Shown piece after piece: positions 52,766-62,831 of a DNA stretch of 64,000 bases. The first letter of the stretch is position 1. Each line of letters opens with the position of its first letter. A program made the position numbers and the translations under genes. The stretch spans positions 79,147 to 143,146 of the forward strand of contig CAVYNY010000019.1 in the NCBI GenBank assembly GCA_963769935.1, in the 5' to 3' direction. Source of the stretch: an uncultured delta proteobacterium (GTDB lineage Bacteria; Desulfobacterota; Desulfobacteria; Desulfobacterales; JAFDCJ01). The notes beneath the pieces were generated by a model that made no database searches, was not told the origin of the DNA, and saw nothing but the letters and a program-made list of their open reading frames with translations.

Positions 52766-53383
52766 TCATCCTTTTTCAATATCCCTCGAACGCCTGCTCC
52801 ATCTTCGCCAATAAATGACAACCATGCCGAGGCACACAAGAACCAGGCCAAGCGTGATCCAGTGCAAATTTTGCATAACCAGGTCCTCGTTGCGGCCGAA
52901 CCAGTAACCCAGGGCGGCCAACACCAATACCCATATCCCCGCGCCGAAAACGGTAGCTGCACAAAAGGTGAATACATTCATTCGGGCCAGCCCCGCCGGA
53001 AGCGAAATATACTGGCGGATGCCCGGCAGCAGCCGACCGACAAAGGTGCTGATATGCCCGTGGCGTTCAAAAAAGCGGTCCGCTTTTGCCAGCGACCGGG
53101 TGCTGACCAGCAAATACCGTCCATATTTTTCAAAAAAGGGTCTGCCAAATTTCAGGGCCAGCCAATAGTTGAAAACAGCCCCTAAGAGGCTTCCCAAAGT
53201 ACCGCACAGAATGACCATCCCGATGTTCATTTTACCGCTGGCGGCGAGATAGGCGGCCGGCGGAATCACCACCTCGCTGGGAAACGGAAAGAAAGAAGAC
53301 TCCAGGGCCATGAGCATCACAATGCCGGGATATCCCCATTGGCCGACGGTATCTGCAAGCCAGACGACAAACTGATGAAGCAT
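52766..53383 (-). CDS. DedA family protein
   Basis: [37 protein letters not shown] Shine-Dalgarno. Confidence 0.92.
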   Translation of the reverse strand: MLHQFVVWLADTVGQWGYPGIVMLMALESSFFPFPSEVVIPPAAYLAASGKMNIGMVILCGTLGSLLGAVFNYWLALKFGRPFFEKYGRYLLVSTRSLAKADRFFERHGHISTFVGRLLPGIRQYISLPAGLARMNVFTFCAATVFGAGIWVLVLAALGYWFGRNEDLVMQNLHWITLGLVLVCLGMVVIYWRRWSRRSRDIEKG

Positions 53384-53953
53384 ATCAGAACTCCTTTATT
53401 TTTCGAAATATGTCTGAATCTTCCCTATTAAAACGGTCCCCGCAATGACCGCCGCAAAGACTCACCTTATCGATGTCGCGCTGATCTATCGGAAAAACCT
53501 TGCAGACCCGCGGGGCGACAGAATCCATATACCGAACATCGCTATCGGCGATACCACCCAATTTTGAGCAATTTCTTCTTCTTTCTTTATACCATGTTTA
53601 GCCGGCGTCTTCACCCCTCAACTTTAAGATTTTCTTTTGACAGGATTTCAGGCCTGCTCTTTTGTGCGATGCCTTTGTGGGCGCTCCAGTCTTCCAGGTC
53701 TACGGGTTGTTCATTGCCTGGATCGATTTCCACCAAGCTGATCCACGCCACAAGTCCTTCAATGGAAGCAGACGAACAAGTTGACAACCATTGGTATTTT
53801 GGGTATTTTTTCACACAAATTTTTAAATTTCAAATACCGGGGCGCCGGCAGCGATAGCCGTCAAACCCTGCGAAGCGATTTTCTAACTTGAAAGATTAAG
53901 AGATAATGTCCCTGTCACGGCCTTCATATCCCAGGCAACGTTGCAATAGGGTC

Positions 53954-54049
53954 CGTCATTCCTGCGCAGGCCGGAATCCAGAAAATTCAGCACCGATCGG
54001 ACTGCTGCCTGATTCCCGCCTTCACGGGGACAGGCTATGCGGGCATGAC
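53954..54049. repeat. inverted pair of CGTCATTCC...GGAATCCAG REP-like palindromes
   Basis: 53954-53981 and 54009-54049 (second interrupted); same family as 29173-29261. Confidence 0.6.
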
Positions 54050-54101
54050 AAAGTAACATCCCGACCCCTCAATTAAATAATCCGGAAGCAACTTCAATCA
54101 A

Positions 54102-55535
54102 ATGACGCGAAAACAATCGGCGCAAAGACTTCTGCTGGCAATTATTTTCCTGCTCTTTTTTGTGCTTATCGCATACAAGCTGCTCGAGCTGGGCAAACAT
54201 GGCGATGGGACCGAATACGCGTCGGTGGCCAGAAATATGGCCGAGGGTCGGGGGTCGTTATGGAAGCCGTATTTCAGCGACACGTTTGGCAGGGTATACT
54301 GGGAGCATCCGCCTTTAATCTACTGGATTCAGTCGCTCCTATTCAAGATATTCGGCGATGGCCCGTATTTCGAAGGTTTTTACGGTCTGGCCGTCGGACT
54401 GATTATCTTCGCCTGCACGGCCTTGTTTTGGAACCGCGTAAGACGGGATTTTAAGCTGCCGCCGGCAGGTGCCTGGTGGCCGGTCCTGCTTCTGGTCTCT
54501 GTTCCGGTGTTCACCTACCTGTCCCAGACCAATCGAATGGTCTTCGGCTTTGCGGTCTTTGCAATTTTGGCGGCGTACTTTGCCTACCGCAGCATGTTCG
54601 TTGAAAAATATGCTCTTTTTTACGGTGTTCTGGCCGGCGGATTGACCTACCTGGGATTCATTTCCCAAGGACCGGTCGCCTGCTTTACCTTTGCGGTGCC
54701 GGCGATTTGCCGGCTCACCCTGAATGCCAAACTGTCGCGAACCATCATCCAATCTCTGGTGCTGGTGGGTGTTTTTGCAGTATTGCTGCTCGGGACATTT
54801 CGACTTTATCCCGACAGCCTTGAATTTTTTAAATTTTTCTGGAATTCTCAAATCGTAGCCAGCCTGCAGAACAAGCGCTCGGCCAGAAATGCCTACTGGC
54901 ACCTGGCATATCGATGGTCGGCCGAAATGATCGTACCTTTCATCGTGGCGGTCGTCTTCATGCTCGCAAACCGGGTGTCGCTGCGCAGCATTAAGTTTAG
55001 CCGCCAAGCCATGTTTTTTCTGCTGGTCGCCCTGTCAAGCAGCCTGCCGTTTATGCTCAGCCGCAGACAAAACATCCGCTACATTTTTCAATCGTTTCCT
55101 TTTTATGCGTTGAGCCTGGCCTTCTTAACGCAGGCTGCTGCGTCAAAGATCGAAGCAGCAGTCGCCGGCCGGAAAAAACGCCTGATTGCATTGGCAGCCC
55201 TGGCGCTGCTTCTATTTGCAGGAGGAACGGCCAACATGCTCTACCACAAAGATCATATTTCAAGGAGAAAACCGTTCTTCCGGGATTTTTACCTGCAGCA
55301 CATACAATTGCCCGAACGCAGCATTATCTCCATCTGCCCGCCGACGCTGGACATGGATGACTGGCTGTTTGCCGACATGCAGCGCTTTTACAAAGCCAGC
55401 CTGATTGCCGAGATGGGGCATGACTACCTGATTGTCGACAAAAACAGCGCCTGTGTCGTGCCGGAAGGCTATCAAAAAGTTCAGACAAAACCCTCAGTCA
55501 GATACGTCCTTTATCGGAAAAGAAGCAAAGAGTGA
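54102..55535 (+). CDS. ArnT/PMT_2-like GT-C glycosyltransferase
   Basis: DGTEYASVARNM, WEHPPLIYW, QGP; multi-TM. Confidence 0.8.
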   Translation: MTRKQSAQRLLLAIIFLLFFVLIAYKLLELGKHGDGTEYASVARNMAEGRGSLWKPYFSDTFGRVYWEHPPLIYWIQSLLFKIFGDGPYFEGFYGLAVGLIIFACTALFWNRVRRDFKLPPAGAWWPVLLLVSVPVFTYLSQTNRMVFGFAVFAILAAYFAYRSMFVEKYALFYGVLAGGLTYLGFISQGPVACFTFAVPAICRLTLNAKLSRTIIQSLVLVGVFAVLLLGTFRLYPDSLEFFKFFWNSQIVASLQNKRSARNAYWHLAYRWSAEMIVPFIVAVVFMLANRVSLRSIKFSRQAMFFLLVALSSSLPFMLSRRQNIRYIFQSFPFYALSLAFLTQAAASKIEAAVAGRKKRLIALAALALLLFAGGTANMLYHKDHISRRKPFFRDFYLQHIQLPERSIISICPPTLDMDDWLFADMQRFYKASLIAEMGHDYLIVDKNSACVVPEGYQKVQTKPSVRYVLYRKRSKE

Positions 55536-55538
55536 AAG

Positions 55539-55605
55539 GTTTTGGTCATTGAATATTGAAATTTGGGATTTAATTGCAATTTGGTGCTTGTGATTTGGGA
55601 TTTTA
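55539..55605. repeat. single arm of the two-armed heptamer element (uninterrupted)
   Basis: GTTTTGGTCATTGAATATTGAAATTTGGGATTTAATTGCAATTTGGTGCTTGTGATTTGGGATTTT. Confidence 0.7.
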
Positions 55606-55668
55606 TTTGCTTGTAAGGCACATGTTTGAAGGCTGGAATGCCAAACGAAGGTTCTCGGCATTGACCTC

Positions 55669-56562
55669 CTATAGCCTGCGTCGGATGAATTCCCTGATGA
55701 CCGCGGCACAGGCCTCCGGTTGACCCATGGGCACGAAATGGCCGGCGTTGGGGATGGTCGCTAATTCATAATCGGACAGAAGGCGTTTCAAGCGCACGGC
55801 CGAATCGGCCGTAAAGACATCGGATCGTTCCCCCCGAATCGCCAGTACCGGGCAGGCAATCTTTTTGGCGTAGCGCCACACGTCAAGCGGCACGGCCTCG
55901 AAAATTTGCGCTTCAAGCTCCGGGTCGCATTTAAGAACGGCGGTTTCGGAGTCTTTTTCCAGCAACCCGCATTCCAGGTAGGCTTCCACGAATTCCTGGG
56001 ACCAGCTCTTGAAAATACCACGGCCGGCGGTGAAGCGTTTTAAAGCCTCATTTTTACCCTGGAACATTTTGCGGCGGCGACGTGCCGACCGGGCCAGCTG
56101 CCGGTTGCCGGCCAGACCGATCATTTTCATGGCGGCAAACTGCCAGAGCCGCCGCCGGGGTAAAATAGATGGATCCATTAATATGATGGCGGAAAAAAGC
56201 CGGGGGTATTTGGCGGCAGCGATATAGGTGGCCACCGCCCCCACGGAGTGGCCCATACCGACAATCGGCGGCGACAAGGTGTGTTCGATCAGCAGTTTAA
56301 GATCGTCGGCAAAAATATGCCAGTTGTAAACCCGTTTCAGGTTGAATGGGTCGGAACCGCCATGGCCCCGCAGGTCACTGGCAATGATATGCAGGTCGTC
56401 ACTCAGGAGCTTGACAAAAGGCGAATAGGTTCCCGCGCAAAATCCATTGGCATGCAGCAAATGAACCTGGCGTCCGGTGCCGCCCCAGTCCAGATAATGG
56501 AGCCTGCCGTCCGGCGTATTGAGGAAGCCCTCGCTCGGCTCTCTGGAGTCGGGTGTATTCAT
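55669..56562 (-). CDS. alpha/beta hydrolase
   Basis: LLHANGF, DLRGHG, GHSVG nucleophile elbow, AGHFVP. Confidence 0.9.
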   Translation of the reverse strand: MNTPDSREPSEGFLNTPDGRLHYLDWGGTGRQVHLLHANGFCAGTYSPFVKLLSDDLHIIASDLRGHGGSDPFNLKRVYNWHIFADDLKLLIEHTLSPPIVGMGHSVGAVATYIAAAKYPRLFSAIILMDPSILPRRRLWQFAAMKMIGLAGNRQLARSARRRRKMFQGKNEALKRFTAGRGIFKSWSQEFVEAYLECGLLEKDSETAVLKCDPELEAQIFEAVPLDVWRYAKKIACPVLAIRGERSDVFTADSAVRLKRLLSDYELATIPNAGHFVPMGQPEACAAVIREFIRRRL

Positions 56563-56620
56563 AACCGCCTGGAATTACGACCTTCGGAGAATGAAAGTAG
56601 CATGCTGTAAAATAAGACGT

Positions 56621-56654
56621 AAAAAAAGGTCAAGGCTTAAAAAGCCCTGACCTT
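56621..56654 (-). terminator. terminator downstream of tRNA-Val
   Basis: AAGGTCAAGGCT / AGCCCTGACCTT stem with a U7 tract on the minus strand. Confidence 0.7.
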
Positions 56655-56663
56655 ATGGTTTAC

Positions 56664-56738
56664 TGGTAGGCACGGACAGATTTGAACTGTCGACTTCTAC
56701 CGTGTCAGGGTAGCGCTCTCCCCCTGAGCTACGTGCCT
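56664..56738 (-). tRNA. tRNA-Val(GAC)
   Basis: AGGCACG acceptor stem, anticodon arm CTACC-CTGACAC-GGTAG, T loop TTCAAAT, encoded CCA; 75 nt. Confidence 0.95.
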
Positions 56739-56872
56739 TAAAATTTAAACTCCCAGTAGCACCGGCGGCTTCGCCTGTCAAGGAAAATTCATTAAAGCAA
56801 CAATTCATTCAACTGAGTTTTCGTTCAGCCGCTAACAAATCAACCATTCAACCATTCAACGATTTAACCAAT

Positions 56873-58081
56873 TCATCCCGGAATAATCTCGACTCTCACC
56901 GCATCCGCGGTCACTTCAAAAATATTGATCCCGAAGCCTTCAAACTTTTGCTGCATCAGGGCTGCTGCCAGACCCTGGGGTTTTCCCTTGTACTCCACCT
57001 GCAGGGTCGCTTCGTTGGGTTTGATCTCTTTTACCCGTATTCCGCCGACCCCCGGGATGGTGTTAAGAGACTTGCGAAACTGAACATAGAAGGCGAGATG
57101 GCTTGTGCCGCGAATTACCATGGAGATTTGGGAAGGTTTACCCGCCTGTTTCTGCCAAACCGCGGTCAGTTCCTCTGCCAGGGCCTGCCCCACCAGGCCG
57201 CCGACATCCTCCAGCGCTTGCCTGTTGCCGGTATTGTCATCTTCACTGACCGCCACCGCCGTCCGGGTGAGGTTAAAGAGCGGTTCGACGGGGTCTGTTT
57301 TTATGACCCGGACGCTTGCCGTTCCATTAAATGATCGCATGGCCGAACCCATGATATTCGTTGATGGACTTACAGCCGACATTCCGGTAACGACCACGTC
57401 GGCCTTCAGCTGGGATCCGAGCTCAGCGGCTTCCTGATCCGTTAACTCGGGCTTATCAAAGGCAGCCCATGGCAGCTCGGAAAGGTTGCGGGCGCCCTTG
57501 TGATCGATAATGATAAAACCGGCCGCTTCCAGATGTCCGGCCATGGCCGCTTCCGACAAGGACTTGAAATCAGATCCTTCCGAGCCCCACCAGAACTCGG
57601 GGACAGGCGCCGCCAATCTCTGCTCGGCGATCAGAAACAAAACGCTGGGCAGCGTCGTGTGAACCCGCAGGATACCGCTGTCGCTCAATAGTTTTGAAAT
57701 TTTTCTGCGTGACACGGTGGCCTCAACGGCTACGCGATACCGGTTGTCCAGGTCGGCCTCAGTCAGCACCTTGTAATCCTGGATAAATGTATTCGTCTGC
57801 TCGAACAGCAGTTCGTTGAGTTTGGCAAATTCTCTCACAAACACCTCAACTTCTAAAAGCTCTTCGGTCATCAACGCCACTGCCGTTACCAGACCGTCGG
57901 CAATGGCCTTTTCCCGGGCGGCGGAAACATTGGTGCCTTGCACCGATGCGGTTCCAATCACAACAAATGTTTTGGTTTGATCCGATTCCTGGGCCCAGGC
58001 GGCCTCGGTCAGCAGCAGTCCCCCGGCCGGCAGAAAAATTGCCAAAATCAATATTTGAATCGCCGCAACAGATTTCATCAT
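56873..58081 (-). CDS. exported protein with FlgT-N-like N-terminal domain
   Basis: Signal peptide ending AWA; GTASV...AREKAIADGL...IQDYKVL pattern; function unknown. Confidence 0.6.
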   Translation of the reverse strand: MMKSVAAIQILILAIFLPAGGLLLTEAAWAQESDQTKTFVVIGTASVQGTNVSAAREKAIADGLVTAVALMTEELLEVEVFVREFAKLNELLFEQTNTFIQDYKVLTEADLDNRYRVAVEATVSRRKISKLLSDSGILRVHTTLPSVLFLIAEQRLAAPVPEFWWGSEGSDFKSLSEAAMAGHLEAAGFIIIDHKGARNLSELPWAAFDKPELTDQEAAELGSQLKADVVVTGMSAVSPSTNIMGSAMRSFNGTASVRVIKTDPVEPLFNLTRTAVAVSEDDNTGNRQALEDVGGLVGQALAEELTAVWQKQAGKPSQISMVIRGTSHLAFYVQFRKSLNTIPGVGGIRVKEIKPNEATLQVEYKGKPQGLAAALMQQKFEGFGINIFEVTADAVRVEIIPG

Positions 58082-58188
58082 ATCCTTATCGCTCCAATCT
58101 TTGATTGATTATCCAGGCACCAGCGTATTCAATAAATGAAAAATGGCAGAGAATCAAGAACTAATGCGCAGAGAGCAGATAGCAAATA

Positions 58189-58336
58189 AAGCTCATAGCC
58201 GAGAGCTCATAGATCACAGTAAAAATAGATTACTTTCCTTAGACTATCAGCTATCAGCTATGAACTAAGAGCTACTTTCAGCTATGAACTATGAACTATG
58301 AGCTTACCTTCAGCTATCAGCCACGAGCTATCAGCT
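58189..58336. repeat. inverted heptamer arms (CTCATAG / CTATCAG-CTATGAA)
   Basis: AGCTCATAGCCGAGAGCTCATAG versus CTATCAGCTATCAGCTATGAACT; related tract at 47968-47996. Confidence 0.7.
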
Positions 58337-58337
58337 T

Positions 58338-59318
58338 TTATATGCGCCGTGCCAGGGCGTAATCCGCGAGATCCAGCATAATGTCTTTGGTTTGGCAGGG
58401 TTCGAAAATGGAGAGGGCATTCTTGGAATGATCGATATAAGCGGCCGCAACCTTTTCCGTATAGGCGAGTCCGCCATGTTTATCCAGCAAGCCGATCAGA
58501 GTTTTAAAATCCTCCGTCGAGAAGTCTCTGTCCCGGATAATCTTAACCATCAGATCCCTGTCATCGGATGGCGCCTGTTGGAGGGCAAAGATGACGGGCA
58601 GCGTCAATTTGCCTTCTCTGAGGTCGGCCCCAACCTCTTTGCCGAAATCAGAGGTCGTCAGGGTGTAGTCAAACAGATCGTCGGCCATCTGGAAAGCGAT
58701 TCCCAGATTATAGCCGTACTCAGCCAGCGCATTTTCTTTTTCCACCGGTGCATCGGCAATAATGGCACTGACCCGGCAGGCGGCTTCAAACAGCATAGCG
58801 GTTTTACGGCGGATTACTTCCAGATATTCTTCCTCGGCGAGGCTGATGTCGCCCTTGCGCATTAACTGGTGAACTTCACCCTGGGACATGCTTTCGGTGA
58901 GTTCCGCCAGTACCTGAATGACTCTGAGTCGGCCCGTACCGGCCGAAATCGACAGTGCCCGGGCCAGTAAATAATCGCCTACCAGGACGGCGATGGAGTT
59001 GCCCCACGCTGCGTTGGCCACCTGTTTCCCGCGCCGCAATACGGCCCCGTCCACCAGATCATCATGCAGCAGGGTCGCGGTATGCAGATATTCGAGCGCT
59101 GTTGAAAAGGTTTTTTCATAATTTCCGGTATAGCCGCAGATCCGGGCCGAAAGAACCATTAACAGGGGACGCAGACGTTTGCCGCCGCTGAAAAGAAGGT
59201 GGCCGGCCACTTCCGAGACCAGATCCAGGTAGGGGTTCAAATTATCGGACAGGGCTTTTTCGATTTCATTCAAATCATCTTCAACTGCCGCCAGAATCTT
59301 CTGTTTCAAATCAATCAT
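58338..59318 (-). CDS. polyprenyl diphosphate synthase (IspB-like)
   Basis: GGKRLRP, LLHDDLVD, RRG, FQMADDLFD, DLREGK. Confidence 0.93.
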   Translation of the reverse strand: MIDLKQKILAAVEDDLNEIEKALSDNLNPYLDLVSEVAGHLLFSGGKRLRPLLMVLSARICGYTGNYEKTFSTALEYLHTATLLHDDLVDGAVLRRGKQVANAAWGNSIAVLVGDYLLARALSISAGTGRLRVIQVLAELTESMSQGEVHQLMRKGDISLAEEEYLEVIRRKTAMLFEAACRVSAIIADAPVEKENALAEYGYNLGIAFQMADDLFDYTLTTSDFGKEVGADLREGKLTLPVIFALQQAPSDDRDLMVKIIRDRDFSTEDFKTLIGLLDKHGGLAYTEKVAAAYIDHSKNALSIFEPCQTKDIMLDLADYALARRI

Positions 59319-60679
59319 ACCGCCTCCCCCATAAGATCATATTCCATGGCATCCGTTACCCGCATATCAACAAAACTGCCGATTTTCAAACCAAAAGAAA
59401 GGGGAGCGGTATTAATGTAGCAAATTCCATCAACCTCCGGCGCCTGAAAGTTGGTACGACCGGCAAAAAGATTGTTTTCCAATGATTCTTCCACCAGGAC
59501 TGTTATTATTTTTCCGATATATTTTTGGTTGTTTTCGGATGAAATGCCCGATTGGGCGGACATGAGCTGATGATATCGATCTCGGGCCACATCCGGCGGC
59601 ACATGCTTGGACAGCTGGTGCGATATCAGGTCGTCGGAATCGGAATATATAAATGTGCCCAGATGATCGAATCGTACATCTTCCGCAAATTGCAACAGCT
59701 CATCAAAATCCTTGTCGGTTTCACCGGGAAATCCCACGATAATGGTCGTTCTGAGCACGGCATCCGGCACCCGCGTCCTTATTTTTTCAAACAGACGGTA
59801 CAGATCTTTGCTGGTGTACCGGCGGCCCATGCGTTTTAAAACAGATGTGCTGGCATGCTGAATGGGAATATCAAAATAAGAGCAGACATTATTAAATGCG
59901 GCAACGGTTTTGATAAAGCTGTCTTCAATACTTTCAGGATGCCCGTAAAGGACCCTGAACCATGGTCCGGCATTGTTCTGACTGCCGTCAGCCGTGATTT
60001 CAGCCAGATTTTTCATGAGTTGGCCGAGGCTGGCCGGCGGTGCCAGATCTCTACCATAGGCGGTGGTGTCCTGAGCGACCAGCACCAACTCCTTGGCACC
60101 CTTGGCAACGAGCCGGCGGGCTTCCGAGACGATATCATCAACGGGACGGCTGTTTTGTTTACCGCGCAACTTGGGAATAATACAATAGGTGCAGGATTTG
60201 CTGCAGCCTTCCGCAATTTTGAGATACGCCAGATAAGGTATGGTCAATTCTCTGGGATCATTTTGTTGCTGCAGCGAGATGAGATCAGGGTCCGGCAGGA
60301 CACACTGATGGGTATACTGCGGATCTTGCACCGCGTTGACAATTTGATTGAAGGCACCGGTCCCTAAAAAGACGTCTACCTCCGGCAATGATGCCAATAT
60401 CTCCTCCCGGTAACGTTGCGGCAGGCAGCCGGTGACCACCAATCGGTGGCATATGCCTTCCTTCTTGTATTGCGCCAGCTCCAGAATGGCATCGATGGAC
60501 TCTTCGGCGGCCGATTCGATAAAGCTGCAGGTATTTACTACGATAGCATCGGCTTGCTGGGGATCGTCGGTAAGCGCCCAGCCGGCCCTTTTCAATCGCC
60601 CGGTCATAATTTCACTGTCCACTTGATTTCGGGCGCAGCCCAAACTTTCCAGGTACAACTTTCGCATATATGTTTCCAA
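59315..60679 (-). CDS. rimO: ribosomal protein S12 methylthiotransferase
   Basis: SLGCARNQVDSE, NTCSFI, CSKSCTYC radical-SAM motif, QAPEVDG TRAM domain. Confidence 0.95.
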   Translation of the reverse strand: METYMRKLYLESLGCARNQVDSEIMTGRLKRAGWALTDDPQQADAIVVNTCSFIESAAEESIDAILELAQYKKEGICHRLVVTGCLPQRYREEILASLPEVDVFLGTGAFNQIVNAVQDPQYTHQCVLPDPDLISLQQQNDPRELTIPYLAYLKIAEGCSKSCTYCIIPKLRGKQNSRPVDDIVSEARRLVAKGAKELVLVAQDTTAYGRDLAPPASLGQLMKNLAEITADGSQNNAGPWFRVLYGHPESIEDSFIKTVAAFNNVCSYFDIPIQHASTSVLKRMGRRYTSKDLYRLFEKIRTRVPDAVLRTTIIVGFPGETDKDFDELLQFAEDVRFDHLGTFIYSDSDDLISHQLSKHVPPDVARDRYHQLMSAQSGISSENNQKYIGKIITVLVEESLENNLFAGRTNFQAPEVDGICYINTAPLSFGLKIGSFVDMRVTDAMEYDLMGEAV

Positions 60680-61079
60680 TTTTTTTAACGGTTCACCGGT
60701 TCAGGGTTCAATTTCAGATCGCTGATGGGCAACTTCTCAATCTGCCGATGCTTGCTTTTGGGGTATCAACCGGTTTTGTAACTTTCACGTTGGAACATAG
60801 TTATACATCCAATATTGTCAATGCGCCTCGCGATCGGATTTGAATACAATATCAGTAAAAAATTCGGTAAGTTATTTCGACCTGGGTTTAAAATCAAATA
60901 TTTTTCCATATTCACGATAACGAATTAATGTTATTGTAAAATATTCCGATAATTATATCACGACCAGTTGCATAGTGGAATTGTTCCGGGTAGCTTGCCC
61001 GGATTTTTTCTGCATCCCCTCTGGTGCAAAAATTCCGATGAGGGGCAACGATAATTTAGCTACAGATTGGGAATCGGGC

Positions 61080-61505
61080 ATGGCGCAAAGCATAAAATTG
61101 AAAAAGTACAATATGACCATTGCAAGGCTCATGGAAGTCATTTTGACCATGACTGAAGAGCAGCAGGCCGTAGTTTTAAAACAGGCCGAAGAGGCTGTAA
61201 AAAGCGACCGGCGGATTTTCGTCCGCAAAGCGTGTCACCTGCCGGTCGATTTCGCAACCTCCGACCGCACGCACAAAGGCTACATAAAAAATATCAGCCG
61301 GCACGGCGTGTTTATTTCCGCCAAAGCGCCGATCGTAATCGGGGAAGAGGTGCTGATGGTGTTTAAAGTCAGAAGGGATGCAGAAGTCGTTAAATTAAAA
61401 GGAGAAATTGCACATGCCACCCGCTGGGGCATCGGGGTGGAGTTTACTGCAACGGGACCGCATTTTGATCAGTTCATCATTGATTTGATTCATCAGATTG
61501 GTTAA
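61080..61505 (+). CDS. PilZ domain-containing protein
   Basis: RRIFVR (RxxxR) and NISRHG (D/NxSxxG) motifs, GIGVEF; start uncertain. Confidence 0.8.
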   Translation: MAQSIKLKKYNMTIARLMEVILTMTEEQQAVVLKQAEEAVKSDRRIFVRKACHLPVDFATSDRTHKGYIKNISRHGVFISAKAPIVIGEEVLMVFKVRRDAEVVKLKGEIAHATRWGIGVEFTATGPHFDQFIIDLIHQIG

Positions 61506-61628
61506 CAGTGCGAGGGCCGGTTCGCTCCAACCGGCCGGTCAGGGTCAAGAAAAGCCTGCATTTTGCAGAAATGCCATGCAGCCGCTTAAGCATCCAATCC
61601 AACATTTCCCTGAGGGGAATCCGCATGT

Positions 61629-62667
61629 TCAATTAATCACTTTAAATCCTTTCGAATAATGGTTCCCCAGAGTGCCGTCTTTTTTCTCCGTGATGATGAG
61701 ACCTTCCACTCCGGCCAGCCGGTTGATCAGATCCAAACCCTTGTCTGCCCCATCACCATCACCGCCGTTGCAAGCCCATCGGCCAGCGTACAGGTATCGG
61801 CGACAATCGAGACGCTCGCGACTCCGTTTGAGACCGGATAACCGGTTCTGGGGTCAATCACATGGGAGTAGCGCACCCCATTGACTTCAAAAAAATTTCG
61901 GTAATCACCGCTGGTGGCAAACGCCCGATTGCTCAAATCGACAACTTTATATACCTCATCAAAGGCAGCCTGGCCTGGGGCCGATTGATGCCGATGCGCC
62001 ATTTGCGGCCATCCTTCCGATGTCCGGCGGCAAAAATTTCCCCGCCGATTTCAACCAGGAAGTTTTCAAATCCATTTTTTCTAAGGACATCCGCAACCTG
62101 ATCCACGCCGTATCCCTTGGCAATGGATGACAGGTCAACGGTGACCGCCGGCTGTTTTTTCAATAAAAATTCGGGCGCCAGAACTTCAATCTTTGAAAAT
62201 CCGACATCCGGCAAAAGCGCGTCAATTTCCTTTTGTGAAGGGACTTTATTTTTGCGGGGGCCTGGCCCGAAACCCCACAGCTCCACCAGAGGATTAACCG
62301 TTGCATCCCAGGCGCCTTCGGAAAGCCGATAAATGGTCTGACCCGCTCTCATCACCTGAAAAAAATCATCTGAAACTTTAAATTTACGCCCGGCCTCCTT
62401 AAAGCGATTAAACCGGCTTATCTCGCTGTCCTCCTGGTAGGTGGACATGCTGCGGTTGATTTCGTCCAGTCGTGCGTCAATTTTTTCTTTGAGCCCTGAA
62501 ACTCCCTGAAAATAGCCGGTCACCACCGTGACGTGATAAGTCGTGCCCATGGTGCGGCCCTGAATGAGGTGCTCCTGCTTGGCCTCGCAAATGGCTGGTG
62601 CGAAGGTTATCGCCAAACTTATTATTAAAAATGGAATAATTTTCAGATATTTCAGTTTCGTTAACAC
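61629..62667 (-). CDS. apbE: FAD:protein FMN transferase (frameshifts near 61970 and 61740)
   Basis: TMGTTY, MSTY, SEIS, DLSSIAKGYGVD, EIGGE, ATSGDYRN, HVIDPRTG, ADGLATA; start approximate. Confidence 0.88.
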
Positions 62668-62734
62668 TTGCGATATCTCATTATTTTCATTAGGCTGATT
62701 TAAAATAAAATAAGAAAAAATGCGCAGCATAAAT

Positions 62735-62831
62735 TAATTAATCCGCCGGCCCTTCGATCCTACTAAATTCTTCAGTTTTCAACGAATAATATACAAGCCT
62801 GAAAACACTATTTTCAAGGGCGGAGTAATTA
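62735..62831. mobile_element. 97-bp inverted-repeat element, copy 3 (opposite orientation)
   Basis: TAATTAATCCGCC...GGCGGAGTAATTA; contains the hypE stop codon. Confidence 0.7.

Noticed and set aside
53400..53830. 67-aa ORF 53611..53814 and adjacent coding-like fragments
   Set aside because: No recognisable motif or SD. It may be a decayed gene remnant, but this cannot be supported without a homology search.
56664..56738. tRNA-Val as an island integration site
   Set aside because: No integrase and no duplicated tRNA 3' end were seen elsewhere in the window.
60975..61079. c-di-GMP riboswitch upstream of the PilZ gene
   Set aside because: A CCCCTC/GAGGGG stem exists, but the GEMM consensus (GGCAAA..GAAA..GACGCAAAG) is absent.
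585..62667. About 12 split genes read as programmed frameshifting, phase variation or mass pseudogenisation
   Set aside because: Where examined (TPR at about 1000, MaoC-SDR at about 7300, GT2 at about 40550) the breaks are isolated 1-bp insertions outside long homopolymers or slippery heptamers. I noticed no in-frame nonsense decay, and a porin and apbE are also hit. Long-read indel error is the simplest explanation; read polishing would settle it.
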